This document shows positions 17,301 through 24,733 of a stretch of DNA of 32,181 bases, piece by piece. Origin of the DNA: a virus (Duplodnaviria > Caudoviricetes). The position numbers were made by a program, and so were the translations under genes. The stretch's first letter is position 1, and each line of letters opens with the position of its first letter. The notes under the pieces are model-generated. The model saw only the letters and a list, made by a program, of their open reading frames with translations, did not search any database and was not told the DNA's origin. The stretch covers positions 1 to 32,181 of the IMG/VR virus record IMGVR_UViG_3300017763_000098; one strand, 5' to 3'.

Positions 17301-18442
17301 TAAACAGCATTCGGTGTTTCAGTATATTGCGTTGTATCAAAAATAGATTGCGCACCTATATTCTGTGTTCTTGGTGCCTCTATTATACTTACCGTTCCAT
17401 CTGCATTGATCGCAACCGTTGCGCCATCAGTTAATGCTCCTGTTGCTACGGCAGTTAAATTACCTCCTCCACCACCTGTTGCCTGATCTACAAAACTTAA
17501 ATTTCCTGATCCATCCGTTTTTAGGACTTGATCTGCACTTCCATCTGCTGTTGGAAAAGATAAACCATCTAAGATAACCTTCCCCGAACCATTAGGAGTA
17601 ATAGCTATATTTCTATTGGAAGTAGATACGATACTATTGGTCTGAACATCTAAATCACCGCCTAACTGGGGAGAAGTGTCCTCAGAAATATTACCTAATC
17701 CACCACTAGCCATTGTAGTGAAGCTTAAATTTCCACTACCATCTGTTTTTAAAACTTGGTTAGCTGAACCATCTGCTGTTGGGTGAGACAGACCATCAAT
17801 AATTACTTTGCCAGAACCGTTTGGCGTTATTGAAATATTGCCATTTGATGCAGAGACGATTGACTGTCCATTAACATCAAGCGAGCCTCCCAATTGAGGA
17901 GAAGTATCTTCAACAATATTATCAATTCCGCTAGTATCACTGTCTGCAACCCAAGCATAATCTGAGCCGTTCCAACCTAATAGCTGTCCACTGGATGCAG
18001 CGCTTGTATTTAAATGAGTATCTACATCGCTGTCACTGTAAGAGCTAACGGCAACAGGAGCAGTTTCTGCACCAGCACCCATACCGCTATGATTTCCGCA
18101 ATAATAATAAAGTTGATCAGGAGCGTCTTGCTGTAATTGGACTTCTACATATGCCCCTGCGCTACCTGCTGTTCCTGATGTTGTAACACCAGTTGTATAA
18201 GCCGAACCACTGCCATGAGTACCGTCTGAAGTTGTGCTAAATCTAAGTGGGTGATTTGAATTTGTACTATCGCTTACATCAAATCTATATTTAACACCCT
18301 TGGGAATAAACATATCCTGTTGTGAAGTTCCATCTACAACAAACTTACCGCCAGCAACCGTGACAGTAACAGCTATACCTTTTAAGCTTCCGTCTGTTTG
18401 AACATCTTTTGCAAAAGTTGCTAAATTTCTGTTTATACTCAT
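11390..18442 (-). CDS. Giant multi-domain fibre/adhesin (2350 aa): cupredoxin-like domain, shaft repeats, four predicted 7-bladed beta-propeller modules
   Basis: H64...C115-x2-H118-x2-M121; 28 blades of type YD....K(I/V)V..Y...T(V/I)SGT.(I/V)SFG; four conserved cap sequences; SD AAGGA upstream. Confidence 0.85.
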   Translation of the reverse strand: MSINRNLATFAKDVQTDGSLKGIAVTVTVAGGKFVVDGTSQQDMFIPKGVKYRFDVSDSTNSNHPLRFSTTSDGTHGSGSAYTTGVTTSGTAGSAGAYVEVQLQQDAPDQLYYYCGNHSGMGAGAETAPVAVSSYSDSDVDTHLNTSAASSGQLLGWNGSDYAWVADSDTSGIDNIVEDTSPQLGGSLDVNGQSIVSASNGNISITPNGSGKVIIDGLSHPTADGSANQVLKTDGSGNLSFTTMASGGLGNISEDTSPQLGGDLDVQTNSIVSTSNRNIAITPNGSGKVILDGLSFPTADGSADQVLKTDGSGNLSFVDQATGGGGGNLTAVATGALTDGATVAINADGTVSIIEAPRTQNIGAQSIFDTTQYTETPNAVYHAALNKIVIIYSDRLNNSYYLTGVVGTVSGETISFGTKTTLHSSNSKQIATIYDPVSEKIVVAFGDWGDSGAGKTKVITLAANGSLSVGSATTHGTGTYHYFHDFAYDSGNSQIIMSYRGTSNKGFTSVGSVSGTSISFSSPTYSHNGATFHNKVEYDPVNARVVYAFRRDDVSPTQVATAVGTITQQHIGMAAAVNLRQGEDVDLTYDTNSGKMLLLMQDEVGATEYLGGFVGTVASSGNSISFGSITHIESAKGNTPNAIYDPTSKKILVVYGKDASPYNKRYAYATISGTSVSFSTPANLGTTQKNSGHNPLAYDSSNDRIIFAFTDQDSDNSYDGEAVVWRTPTTGGATLTAENFIGISDGAYANGATATIQTAGSVDDAQSGLTAGQTYYVQAATGGLSTTPDTISVVAGTAISATKLLINPDSDPTITSYTNSDVDSHLNVSGASSGQVLSWNGSDYAWTNDSTSPSLNGTAAGALANGDMVIINADGTVSAIGTQSVSDAIGSETVFNTGTSGSRYMSSVTDPGSGKIVLFYQDQSNSEYGTAVVGTISGTTISFGTPSVFNTGATSWINAAYHTASSSIVCFYLDETNNGNCNAVIATVSGTSVSFGSEQNVARGAYAEVDYDTVNGKFLLCYSDANDSYKINARVISVSGGTISAGTNARISNDDGTMSPRPVYDANAQKFLISYRGASQYGKCRVATISGTSVSFGTEVEFNSGSTAYLDSTYDASAQKVVIAFSDDGLGGLGRIRAATISGTSVSFGSEQSLNSADINRIEIDYDANAEVLVAVYEKNIGSSLVANRITLSGTTFTVGAEFTLNSGTSDYPHIAYDSNSKRMIAAYRDDGNSNKGTAIIIQNAFSVTRSLTSENFIGVSNAAYADGATATVQIAGAVDDAQSGLTAGQSYYVQADGSLGTSPDTIAVMAGTALSATQLSINPDTNPASYTNTQVDAHLNLSGASSGQVLSYNGSDYAWTDDATGAGSITATASGALANGDMVVLNSDGTVSVVADSTQAFAVGTPATVYSSSIANDPTAVYHSGINKIVAVYRDSSSNTTYAALGTISGTSVTFANQVTFESSHTIDYLATAYDPNSQAVVCSYRKQGNPFYWGAKAMTVSGTTITVGGAKNLASFQPGMCDVVFDSNENRFVFAAINFDQSYRLETVVGTVSGTTITSGSAQTINSAAYGHHMAFDSGSNKVVLVFRDNANSLYGAAKVLTVSNSSNSLSIGSTTYFNSDRSDDPRVAYDVNANKVVVAYEDYNNSEAQTLQVGTVSGTSISFGSKITGFVDHNSNSKTIVYDPDNQNIALFYRRWTASLNDTVYFPVTVSGTSATVGSASTILSSSDQLEAYSTRWVTYDTTANKFLVIFKNDSDSQAQAVVVQSPFDGSTNLTDENFLGVSDGAYSNGATATIQTAGSVDDAQSSLTPAQTYFVQSTGGIGLTPSSPSVVAGTAISATKLLVKSGQPIEKPNTTQVVANGALSDGTKVCVNADGTVSAIAATQQSASAGTEAVYYGGNRWTGGSQGSGYVYGVGMHSNEGIVYDSTNNRVIFLTNDGWYNRITAVVGTISGNTVGSLTETAVNGTNSGSHFSGIYDPDNSKIIVVFRDNDNSNYVTAKVGTVDPSNNTVSFGSNVVVESSAISENPTLAYDTANNKVIVGYYSNALGKVAVGTVSGTSISFGSATAISQGNTYTMALGYDASAGKVVLVSADPWETNGSYGLSYIRVGTVSGTSISFGTAVQIAKLTGQTVRIKSPSVMYDDTNQKCVISYVEDNSNIIARGVSISGTTPSLLSGSSLYSSTSYETVARYDPLSQTFLVAYQVSSAAKYKTFKFNGSAITNIGSEVSMGNPMQYLGARETNDGKFVIYYNESGQSDNEGRYVVVTNAFSQNNLTATNYIGVSDAAYADGATATIQVAGATDDAQSGLTAGQLYYVQNDGTLSTTADSPSVIAGTALSASKLIVKG
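11393..17458 (-). repeat. Four tandem ~1.4-1.5 kb coding modules (~17458-16020, ~15880-14470, ~14335-12900, ~12868-11393)
   Basis: Each begins A.GAL..G..V..N.DGTVS and ends LT..N(F/Y)(I/L)G.S..AY..GATAT.Q.AG..DDAQS.LT..Q.Y.VQ...AGTA.SA..L. Confidence 0.9.
17492..17920 (-). repeat. Tandem 201-nt coding duplication (17720-17920 and 17492-17692)
   Basis: NI.EDTSPQLGG.LDV...SIVS.SN.NI.ITPNGSGKVI.DGLS.PTADGSA.QVLKTDGSGNLSF occurs twice. Confidence 0.9.
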
Positions 18443-18451
18443 ATCAGATCC

Positions 18452-19165
18452 TTAAATTGCATACTGTTGAACTTGCACAATATCCCCAGCATTACCGCCA
18501 GAAACTAAAGTTACTGTGCTGGAAGAAATTGAATAATCGGTATTCGGTAAAAGCAAAATGCCGTTTATGTAGACCGCACTTTTATTAATGTTATAACTGC
18601 CACTAAATGCAGTTTGCCCAGCTGTTGCTGTAAACTCAGTTGTCGAATAATTTGCAGAAGCACCGCCATACTCTACCACTTCAACAATATCGCCAGCACT
18701 AGCCCCTGCGCCTAAAACAACAGCTGTTCCTGAGCTTGACGTAAATGAGGAGCTATCTAATTTAGCTCCGTTCATAAACACCAGGATGTTACCAACTGTA
18801 TAATTTACGCTAAAACTGGTTTGCCCAGCTGTCGCTGTAAATGCTGTAAAATTGTGAGCAGCACCCGAAAGAGTTAGATCAGCAGAAGACGGACTGATAA
18901 AGACATATGCAGAACCGCTAAGATTAAGAAGCGAACCAGTAGAGCTACTACGGAGCACACGGGTCAAAGTTTGGCCGGAGTGTGTATAGACCCCTTGAGA
19001 TATTTCCCAGGCAGTACCATCTTCTATTACAAAAACGGTTGTATCCCCGTCTGCAATCCCACCATCTGCAAAACTTTGATAGCCACTACGGGGAGAGCCT
19101 AAACTTATTGTACCCGTGCCCGTACTGCTAGTTGAGACAGAGACCCTATCAGCAAATTTTACCAT
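18452..19165 (-). CDS. Virion fibre adaptor-like protein with two FTATAGQT.F domains
   Basis: N-terminal ADRV...TGTGTI.LG...WE...G.YT domain plus two repeats FTATAGQT.F...V..NG..L...AGDIV.V. Confidence 0.75.
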   Translation of the reverse strand: MVKFADRVSVSTSSTGTGTISLGSPRSGYQSFADGGIADGDTTVFVIEDGTAWEISQGVYTHSGQTLTRVLRSSSTGSLLNLSGSAYVFISPSSADLTLSGAAHNFTAFTATAGQTSFSVNYTVGNILVFMNGAKLDSSSFTSSSGTAVVLGAGASAGDIVEVVEYGGASANYSTTEFTATAGQTAFSGSYNINKSAVYINGILLLPNTDYSISSSTVTLVSGGNAGDIVQVQQYAI

Positions 19166-19306
19166 CTACTTTTCCGTTTCTTTTTTCTTCTCTTCTTGAG
19201 CCTCATCGCTCTTCAAATCTGTCGTGTAGCCTTTGTCAGATATTTTTTTTGCGACTTCATCAGAAACAAACTCAAAGTGATGAACTGTTTTTGTAGTCAT
19301 AACCAT
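19166..19306 (-). CDS. 46-aa charged protein (not in track)
   Basis: MVMTTKTVHHFEFVSDEVAKKISDKGYTTDLKSDEAQEEKKKETEK; AAGGA SD upstream; stop abuts the next ATG. Confidence 0.6.
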   Translation of the reverse strand: MVMTTKTVHHFEFVSDEVAKKISDKGYTTDLKSDEAQEEKKKETEK

Positions 19307-19317
19307 TAGCTAATTCC

Positions 19318-19689
19318 TTATGATGGATCTGGAATACCCGTAGCAAATGAAGCGCCTGTAAATGAGTTTCCGTTAGTGACAGACTGAGAAGCTGATAAGC
19401 TGCCAGTGACAAGCAATCTGCTATTATTTGTATCGCTGATGGAATAGTGAGTAGCAGTGCCAGTGCCTGTAATACTTCCATCTGTGATTGCCGCAAAAAC
19501 AACCTCACGCCCACCGCCAGATCTGTCAGAAGGTGCAGCGCCAGAAAGTGATGTAGAGTTTCCTAGTGTGTAAGTAGAAGTAGCTTCAGCATATGTAGTC
19601 GGCTCTTGACTACACACGTCTATTCTATTTGCTTCTGTGTCTAGGGTTGTGAGACCAGAGTCTAGCACTCTGTCATTTAATGTAGCCAT
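19318..19689 (-). CDS. Putative virion structural protein (123 aa, T/S/G-rich)
   Basis: Strong SD AAGGAG; GTGTATHY motif; heads the second fibre block. Confidence 0.75.
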   Translation of the reverse strand: MATLNDRVLDSGLTTLDTEANRIDVCSQEPTTYAEATSTYTLGNSTSLSGAAPSDRSGGGREVVFAAITDGSITGTGTATHYSISDTNNSRLLVTGSLSASQSVTNGNSFTGASFATGIPDPS

Positions 19690-19716
19690 TTTTAAGATCT
19701 CCTTATTTGGTTGGCA

Positions 19717-20130
19717 TTATGGCAAGGTAGGCCATACGGGGTTGAGAGGATCAAAGCCGTCAGCTTGCGGCATATCCCTCAAAATCTGTCTTAGTGTGCG
19801 ATAATTTTGTTTGTCAGTTTCAGATAACGGACTGTCAGCCGCTTGTGTCCAATCGGTTGCTGCTAGTCTTTCATTCCGTTCTTGTCTGAAATTATTAAGA
19901 GCAAGGTTATCATCTGCTACCCATTGCTCAGTATCTGCATTAAAGGTTACAGGGTAATCAGGTTTAACAGGGTATTCTTTTAATTGATTATTTTTGACGT
20001 AGTAATATTCATCTGTAAATTTACCTTCAACATATGACTCGCCTTCATTTACATTTAAATCAAGTGTTTCCTCAGAACAATTTAAAATGGAAATAATTTT
20101 TTCTGAATTGTAAATAGTATAACAATTCAT
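19717..20130 (-). CDS. Tail fibre assembly chaperone
   Basis: R.ERN.RL..TDWTQ..DSPL...Y...RQ.LRD.P...WP motif; ATGA-coupled to the tip protein. Confidence 0.85.
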   Translation of the reverse strand: MNCYTIYNSEKIISILNCSEETLDLNVNEGESYVEGKFTDEYYYVKNNQLKEYPVKPDYPVTFNADTEQWVADDNLALNNFRQERNERLAATDWTQAADSPLSETDKQNYRTLRQILRDMPQADGFDPLNPVWPTLP

Positions 20131-23100
20131 TTCTTAAGTTCCAAATATGAGATTGTTGGATATAGAAACCTAGTCCATGATGTATTGCCGCCAGTATTTT
20201 GTACTGTAAGTGTATAGGTGATAGTAGAAGCACTTGTATTATTATCTAAAGCTTGCAAAGTAAATGATGGAGCATTGAAGTGTCCTACCATAGCTCCACT
20301 TAACCCTGCTATACTTGTTCCATTTTTTCTTAAATTATAATTAAACTTACGATACTCACCTGACGCTGTTACATAATTATTATTCCTATGCGTTGCAAAT
20401 AGATTAGCAACAACTTGTGCGCTTGCTCCTGTGTTAGATACAGTCAATGTTACAAGTGTTTTGAGAGCAGTATCGGTAAATTGAACATCCGTCAGTGATG
20501 ATCCAGTTGCCATTTGAGGAAACGTAACAACATTATTACCAATCTTTGCAGTAGTAATACTTGCATCTGTAATACTTGCTGCACCAATAATTCCTTGATC
20601 TATTTGTGCAGAATTTGTAATAATACCTGCTGTAGCTAAAAGTCCTCCTGTTATTGTATTAGCTACTATTTTGTTACCAGTAATTGAATTTGCTGCTATT
20701 TCATTTGCGCCAACAGCATTGGCACTAATTTTATTTGCTGTAACACTATTATCAGCAAGTTTAAGTTCTGTTATGAGACTATTAGGTATTTGTCCTATAG
20801 CAATTGAGCCACTTAATCCTGAGAAAGATGTTGCACCTGCGGTATTTGCTGCCCACGAAGACCCATTCCAAGCATACAAAACATTATCGCTTGTTAAATA
20901 TACGTTCTGCCCAACAAAATCCCCACTGGAAGGTAACGATGAAACAGGTTGTATCATATCTAAACCTGCATCAATAAATATTTGTCTTATGCCATTTTCA
21001 AAATCAGGATCATCCAGATAAGTTGTTGTTGCTGATACTCCTGTCGTAAAAGCAGATTTATTCCCAGTATAATCTACTGATTTTAAAAAATAATATTTTG
21101 TTTGATTTAATCCAAGATTTGTTCTTGTAAATGTATCGCCACCTGAAACACCAACTTTTGTTGCACCAGTTGAACTATTGGTACTATTTTCATAAATCTC
21201 TACAAAATTCAAATCTGAGTCAGTTGGATTAGTCCAATTTATAGTAATAAACTTAAATCCACCTGTAGCAGATATAGCAGTTGGTAGGGCTGGAGCAGTT
21301 GTATCACCACCGCCTGTAAAAGTTGCTGTAACAAATGAGCCTTTAATGCCCTGTACGGTTACAGCCCTGACCCTGAATGTATATTCTACAGCGTCCACTA
21401 ACGGACTTAGTTCAATGCTTGTTTCTGTTGTTGTTGTCGAATGATAATTACTATCGCTTGTGGCTTTGTATTCAACTTCATAATGAGAGATGAAACTATT
21501 GCTTGGAGCAGTCCAAGAAACAATTGCACTATGAATAAAAGTACCATCACCAGCAGTACGCCCACCGCCAGAAATATTGAGAGCAGCAATAGCAAGACTA
21601 GCGCCTACGCTTGGGAGCGTCGAATTGTTACTTAGTATTTCGCTTTCTTCTGCTGACCAACTAAAAGCAGCTGAAGATGTTTCACGAAGTGTTAAGCTTA
21701 CACTTAGTTCACCGCTGGAACTATCGTTTGAAAACTTCCAACCAACTACCTCAAATTCTTTTGCACTCCATCCGTAACGGCTATTGGTTATTCCTACAAC
21801 GTCACCAACTTGAACGTTAAAAGCATCTAACCCAAAATCCGCTGAAACGGTCATGCTTTCACGCGCTCTAAACAAAGTCATCTTGGCTAATCTTTGAGCC
21901 ATAGCGCTAGACGTTGTGTAGGGTAGGGCTAAGTCAACAGCGCTTTCTACACCAGCATCATTTGTAATAAAGGTTGAGCTTCTTATTTCTGGATAATCAG
22001 TGCGTATATAATCGTCAGCAGCAGAATTAAACATTCCGCGAACAATGTTAAAGCTATCGCGTCTGCTAGGTTTTGTTTCAACGCTAATCCCAGATCTAAA
22101 ATCATCTAGGGTAAAAGTTTTAACAGCTGCTGTGTATTCTCCTACTTTTAATTGCCAGTTACCCTGACCCCAAAATAATGTAGCAGCGCAAGAAGTCATC
22201 ATATCTGCTAGAATATCAGACGGGCTTCTGTCTAAACTTACAACACCGTTTAGCTCATAGCGCTTTTCAGTGCCGCCACCAGATAAGGTAACAGTTTCAT
22301 CACAGGCATTAGCAGCTGCTGAGAAAGTTGTATCAAGAGTGACGCCTGTATTATCTACACCATAAGAGCTAGTGAGATAATCACGAATACATAGAGCCGC
22401 ATTTGCTGAGAAAGCAGTGCTAGAATTTCTGGGATCATAAACCTTTTTGCCCTCAACTATTGCAGTGAATAAAGGTATTCCCTCAGCAAAAACATTTTGA
22501 TCATACTCCATGCGAACATAGAGACAAGCAATCCCTTCACCTTTAAAATTTGTATCTTGACCAGCGCTAGGAGCAACCCCGTCTATTTTCCATTCTGGGG
22601 GATCTGTAATAGCGTTTAGTGTGCTGTAAACATTTTGGTTATCAGCGCCTGTAAACTTGCGAATATATATCTTAGCGTTACTGTCTGCGTCTTTCCACCT
22701 CGCATCAGAAACAAAATAATCTGAGCCAATTGTTACAGTTGCGTCATTGATATAAACAGAGCCAATGCCATTAACTTCATGTCCACCCAAAACAATTATT
22801 TGGTGCAGAAATTTATTAGTATCACCTGTACTTTCAACGTAAGATACTACACCGCCTTTACGGATTGTACCGTATATAATTTCTTGTGGCGCTGTTGCTG
22901 TTCTAGTATTTGCAATTAATCCCTGACTTGTGCCGAAAGCTCCAAAATCAGGAGTTGGAGTAAGTGCTTTAATAGCCCAAGTAGTAACTGCTGATATTGC
23001 TATATAGCTTATAGCTTTACTTATAAATATTTGAGTAGCTGTTGCGCTGGCTAATATATTCCCACCGAACAGTATAAAAGGATCTCTAGGTATTCTCTCC

Positions 23101-23147
23101 CAGCTGTTAAGGCTGACCAATCTGTAATTGTAAAGACTGTCTTTCAC
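20127..23147 (-). CDS. Central tail fibre/tip attachment protein (gpJ-like, FN3 domains)
   Basis: IIYG..R.GG, V.G.KVYDPR, N.ALC.RDYL, AANACDE, two FN3 domains (VSWTAP...Y.FRVRAV; INWTNP..SDL...YYFLKSVD), I...KI repeats; GTG start at 23147 by GTGA coupling (track start 23159). Confidence 0.88.
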   Translation of the reverse strand: MKDSLYNYRLVSLNSWERIPRDPFILFGGNILASATATQIFISKAISYIAISAVTTWAIKALTPTPDFGAFGTSQGLIANTRTATAPQEIIYGTIRKGGVVSYVESTGDTNKFLHQIIVLGGHEVNGIGSVYINDATVTIGSDYFVSDARWKDADSNAKIYIRKFTGADNQNVYSTLNAITDPPEWKIDGVAPSAGQDTNFKGEGIACLYVRMEYDQNVFAEGIPLFTAIVEGKKVYDPRNSSTAFSANAALCIRDYLTSSYGVDNTGVTLDTTFSAAANACDETVTLSGGGTEKRYELNGVVSLDRSPSDILADMMTSCAATLFWGQGNWQLKVGEYTAAVKTFTLDDFRSGISVETKPSRRDSFNIVRGMFNSAADDYIRTDYPEIRSSTFITNDAGVESAVDLALPYTTSSAMAQRLAKMTLFRARESMTVSADFGLDAFNVQVGDVVGITNSRYGWSAKEFEVVGWKFSNDSSSGELSVSLTLRETSSAAFSWSAEESEILSNNSTLPSVGASLAIAALNISGGGRTAGDGTFIHSAIVSWTAPSNSFISHYEVEYKATSDSNYHSTTTTETSIELSPLVDAVEYTFRVRAVTVQGIKGSFVTATFTGGGDTTAPALPTAISATGGFKFITINWTNPTDSDLNFVEIYENSTNSSTGATKVGVSGGDTFTRTNLGLNQTKYYFLKSVDYTGNKSAFTTGVSATTTYLDDPDFENGIRQIFIDAGLDMIQPVSSLPSSGDFVGQNVYLTSDNVLYAWNGSSWAANTAGATSFSGLSGSIAIGQIPNSLITELKLADNSVTANKISANAVGANEIAANSITGNKIVANTITGGLLATAGIITNSAQIDQGIIGAASITDASITTAKIGNNVVTFPQMATGSSLTDVQFTDTALKTLVTLTVSNTGASAQVVANLFATHRNNNYVTASGEYRKFNYNLRKNGTSIAGLSGAMVGHFNAPSFTLQALDNNTSASTITYTLTVQNTGGNTSWTRFLYPTISYLELKK

Positions 23148-23563
23148 TCTAGCACCCAACCACTTGTAATTGTTTCTATCGGTAGAGCTTCCAAAGACTG
23201 CTTTCCTAAAAAGACAGCGCTGCTCCCTATGCTTATTCCAAGAGCATCATTTATTACCCAACGTCTAGCAGCCTTAGTTGTAACTAGACTCCCTCTAGGT
23301 GGTACTCCGTCAACTCTTGTCAGCTTTGTTTTTAGAGCTTCATAAAGTGTATTTGCTCCAAACCGTTTTCTGAGTTTTTCCCGACTTAAATACATTCCGT
23401 TTTCTGTATATTTACACAGCCAATCATCAGCGTAACCAATGCCATACATTGCGCGAAAACAGTTGTTAGTAAAAATAAAGCAATCGTTTGTATGCCATTG
23501 AAAACCGTAGTCTCTATTTGCTCTTATATAATCGTTAAGAGCATCAAGATTAGGTTGCTTCAT
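23144..23563 (-). CDS. NlpC/P60-like tail-tip assembly protein (gpK position, DUF6950-like)
   Basis: F.W..NDC..F...C..AM.G, RG.LV, LGI..G; position between hub and J; start ATG 23563 preferred over track start 23626. Confidence 0.75.
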   Translation of the reverse strand: MKQPNLDALNDYIRANRDYGFQWHTNDCFIFTNNCFRAMYGIGYADDWLCKYTENGMYLSREKLRKRFGANTLYEALKTKLTRVDGVPPRGSLVTTKAARRWVINDALGISIGSSAVFLGKQSLEALPIETITSGWVLE

Positions 23564-24137
23564 CACCAGCTTGAACTTCCCGACCCCAAACAATTGACTT
23601 ATCTTGAAGACCAGAAACCCAATCAAAAAAACTATCAGATCCTGACAGACCTTTAGACGTTCTTACAGCCTTGTGACTTTCGCTTGTGTAGCGTCTGATG
23701 TTGGGGCGCTCTAAAGTAATTAATCTATTTTCAACCGTCAGCTTGATTGTTGCGCTTTCAGCTTCATCCAGAATAGTCATTTGATCCATGTAGCCGCTAA
23801 AGACTTCAACTACATCACTAACCCCGTTTAGACCCCAGTAAATTGTTACAAGTCTACCCTGGTACTCTTCAGTCAAAGCGTAAGTCAAAACTGTGTTTGC
23901 TAAACCGGACAGAGTTATTGTCGTTCCTCTAGCTGATAAATCACCAGCCTCTTCTAATCCCTCAATAGAAAGCAGAGTACCCGTTCCAGTATAGGTTGCA
24001 GAGCTTATAGTTTTATCACCGTAGCCCGTCCATAATTTCAAAGCACCGGATTGAAAAGCCAAATCTACAGCGTAGAACGGTTCAATTTCAGCGTTTGATA
24101 GAGCTGATAAAATCGCGCTCGGAACTGCTCTAGTCAT
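23550..24137 (-). CDS. Minor tail/hub protein (gpL position)
   Basis: LWTG.G......Y.G.G.L, I.LSG, F.G.MD.M, RRYT...D..FD.V..LQ...I.WG; position after the distal tail protein. Confidence 0.78.
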   Translation of the reverse strand: MTRAVPSAILSALSNAEIEPFYAVDLAFQSGALKLWTGYGDKTISSATYTGTGTLLSIEGLEEAGDLSARGTTITLSGLANTVLTYALTEEYQGRLVTIYWGLNGVSDVVEVFSGYMDQMTILDEAESATIKLTVENRLITLERPNIRRYTSESHKAVRTSKGLSGSDSFFDWVSGLQDKSIVWGREVQAGDEAT

Positions 24138-24733
24138 ACTGCTTCCATAGCTCCAAAACTAATCCCATAAACTGCTAATTGATCTACACTGTATGCAGTC
24201 TCATTACTGCTTAGTCTGAATAAGCCATTAGCGCTTGTAAGATCAGCTGAGACTGATGAACGAGCTTTTCTAAGACTAGGCCATATTTCTAGATCTGCTG
24301 CGCTGCCAGTGCCTGTATAGTCCTCTAATACTTTATGCAACGTCGAGTCAGAGCCAGCGCCAAAGCCAATAAAGTCACCAGCCTTTAATGTCTGACCAGA
24401 CGTTACAACCGTACTAACTGTATTATCTCCAGCTGACCCCGATACTGTAGCAGCTGTCGCTGTGCCTTGTATGCTGTGCGATATAGGATCACTCAGTAGA
24501 AATGTTCCATGCTGACCCCTTAGACTGATTAGCCACGCCACCCATTTTTCAGCTGTATCTCTCCGCATTGGTTTTAGACTTACATCTACTGACCACATTT
24601 GACCGCTGTAAGTGTGTGTCTGCCCATGAAAAGAAAACGGACTACGTGAATATGCAACAGAATTTATTGCCCTAAAGTCTATGGATCTGATTGTTGTGTA
24701 ATCAGGTAAGCTTAGAGGATATGTTATCGCCAT
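24134..24733 (-). CDS. Distal tail (Dit-like) protein
   Basis: Directly after TMP; SPF...Q...Y.G..W...W.A.L..LRG, L.AGDFI, I.P.LR, C-terminal EAV. Confidence 0.75.
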   Translation of the reverse strand: MAITYPLSLPDYTTIRSIDFRAINSVAYSRSPFSFHGQTHTYSGQMWSVDVSLKPMRRDTAEKWVAWLISLRGQHGTFLLSDPISHSIQGTATAATVSGSAGDNTVSTVVTSGQTLKAGDFIGFGAGSDSTLHKVLEDYTGTGSAADLEIWPSLRKARSSVSADLTSANGLFRLSSNETAYSVDQLAVYGISFGAMEAV

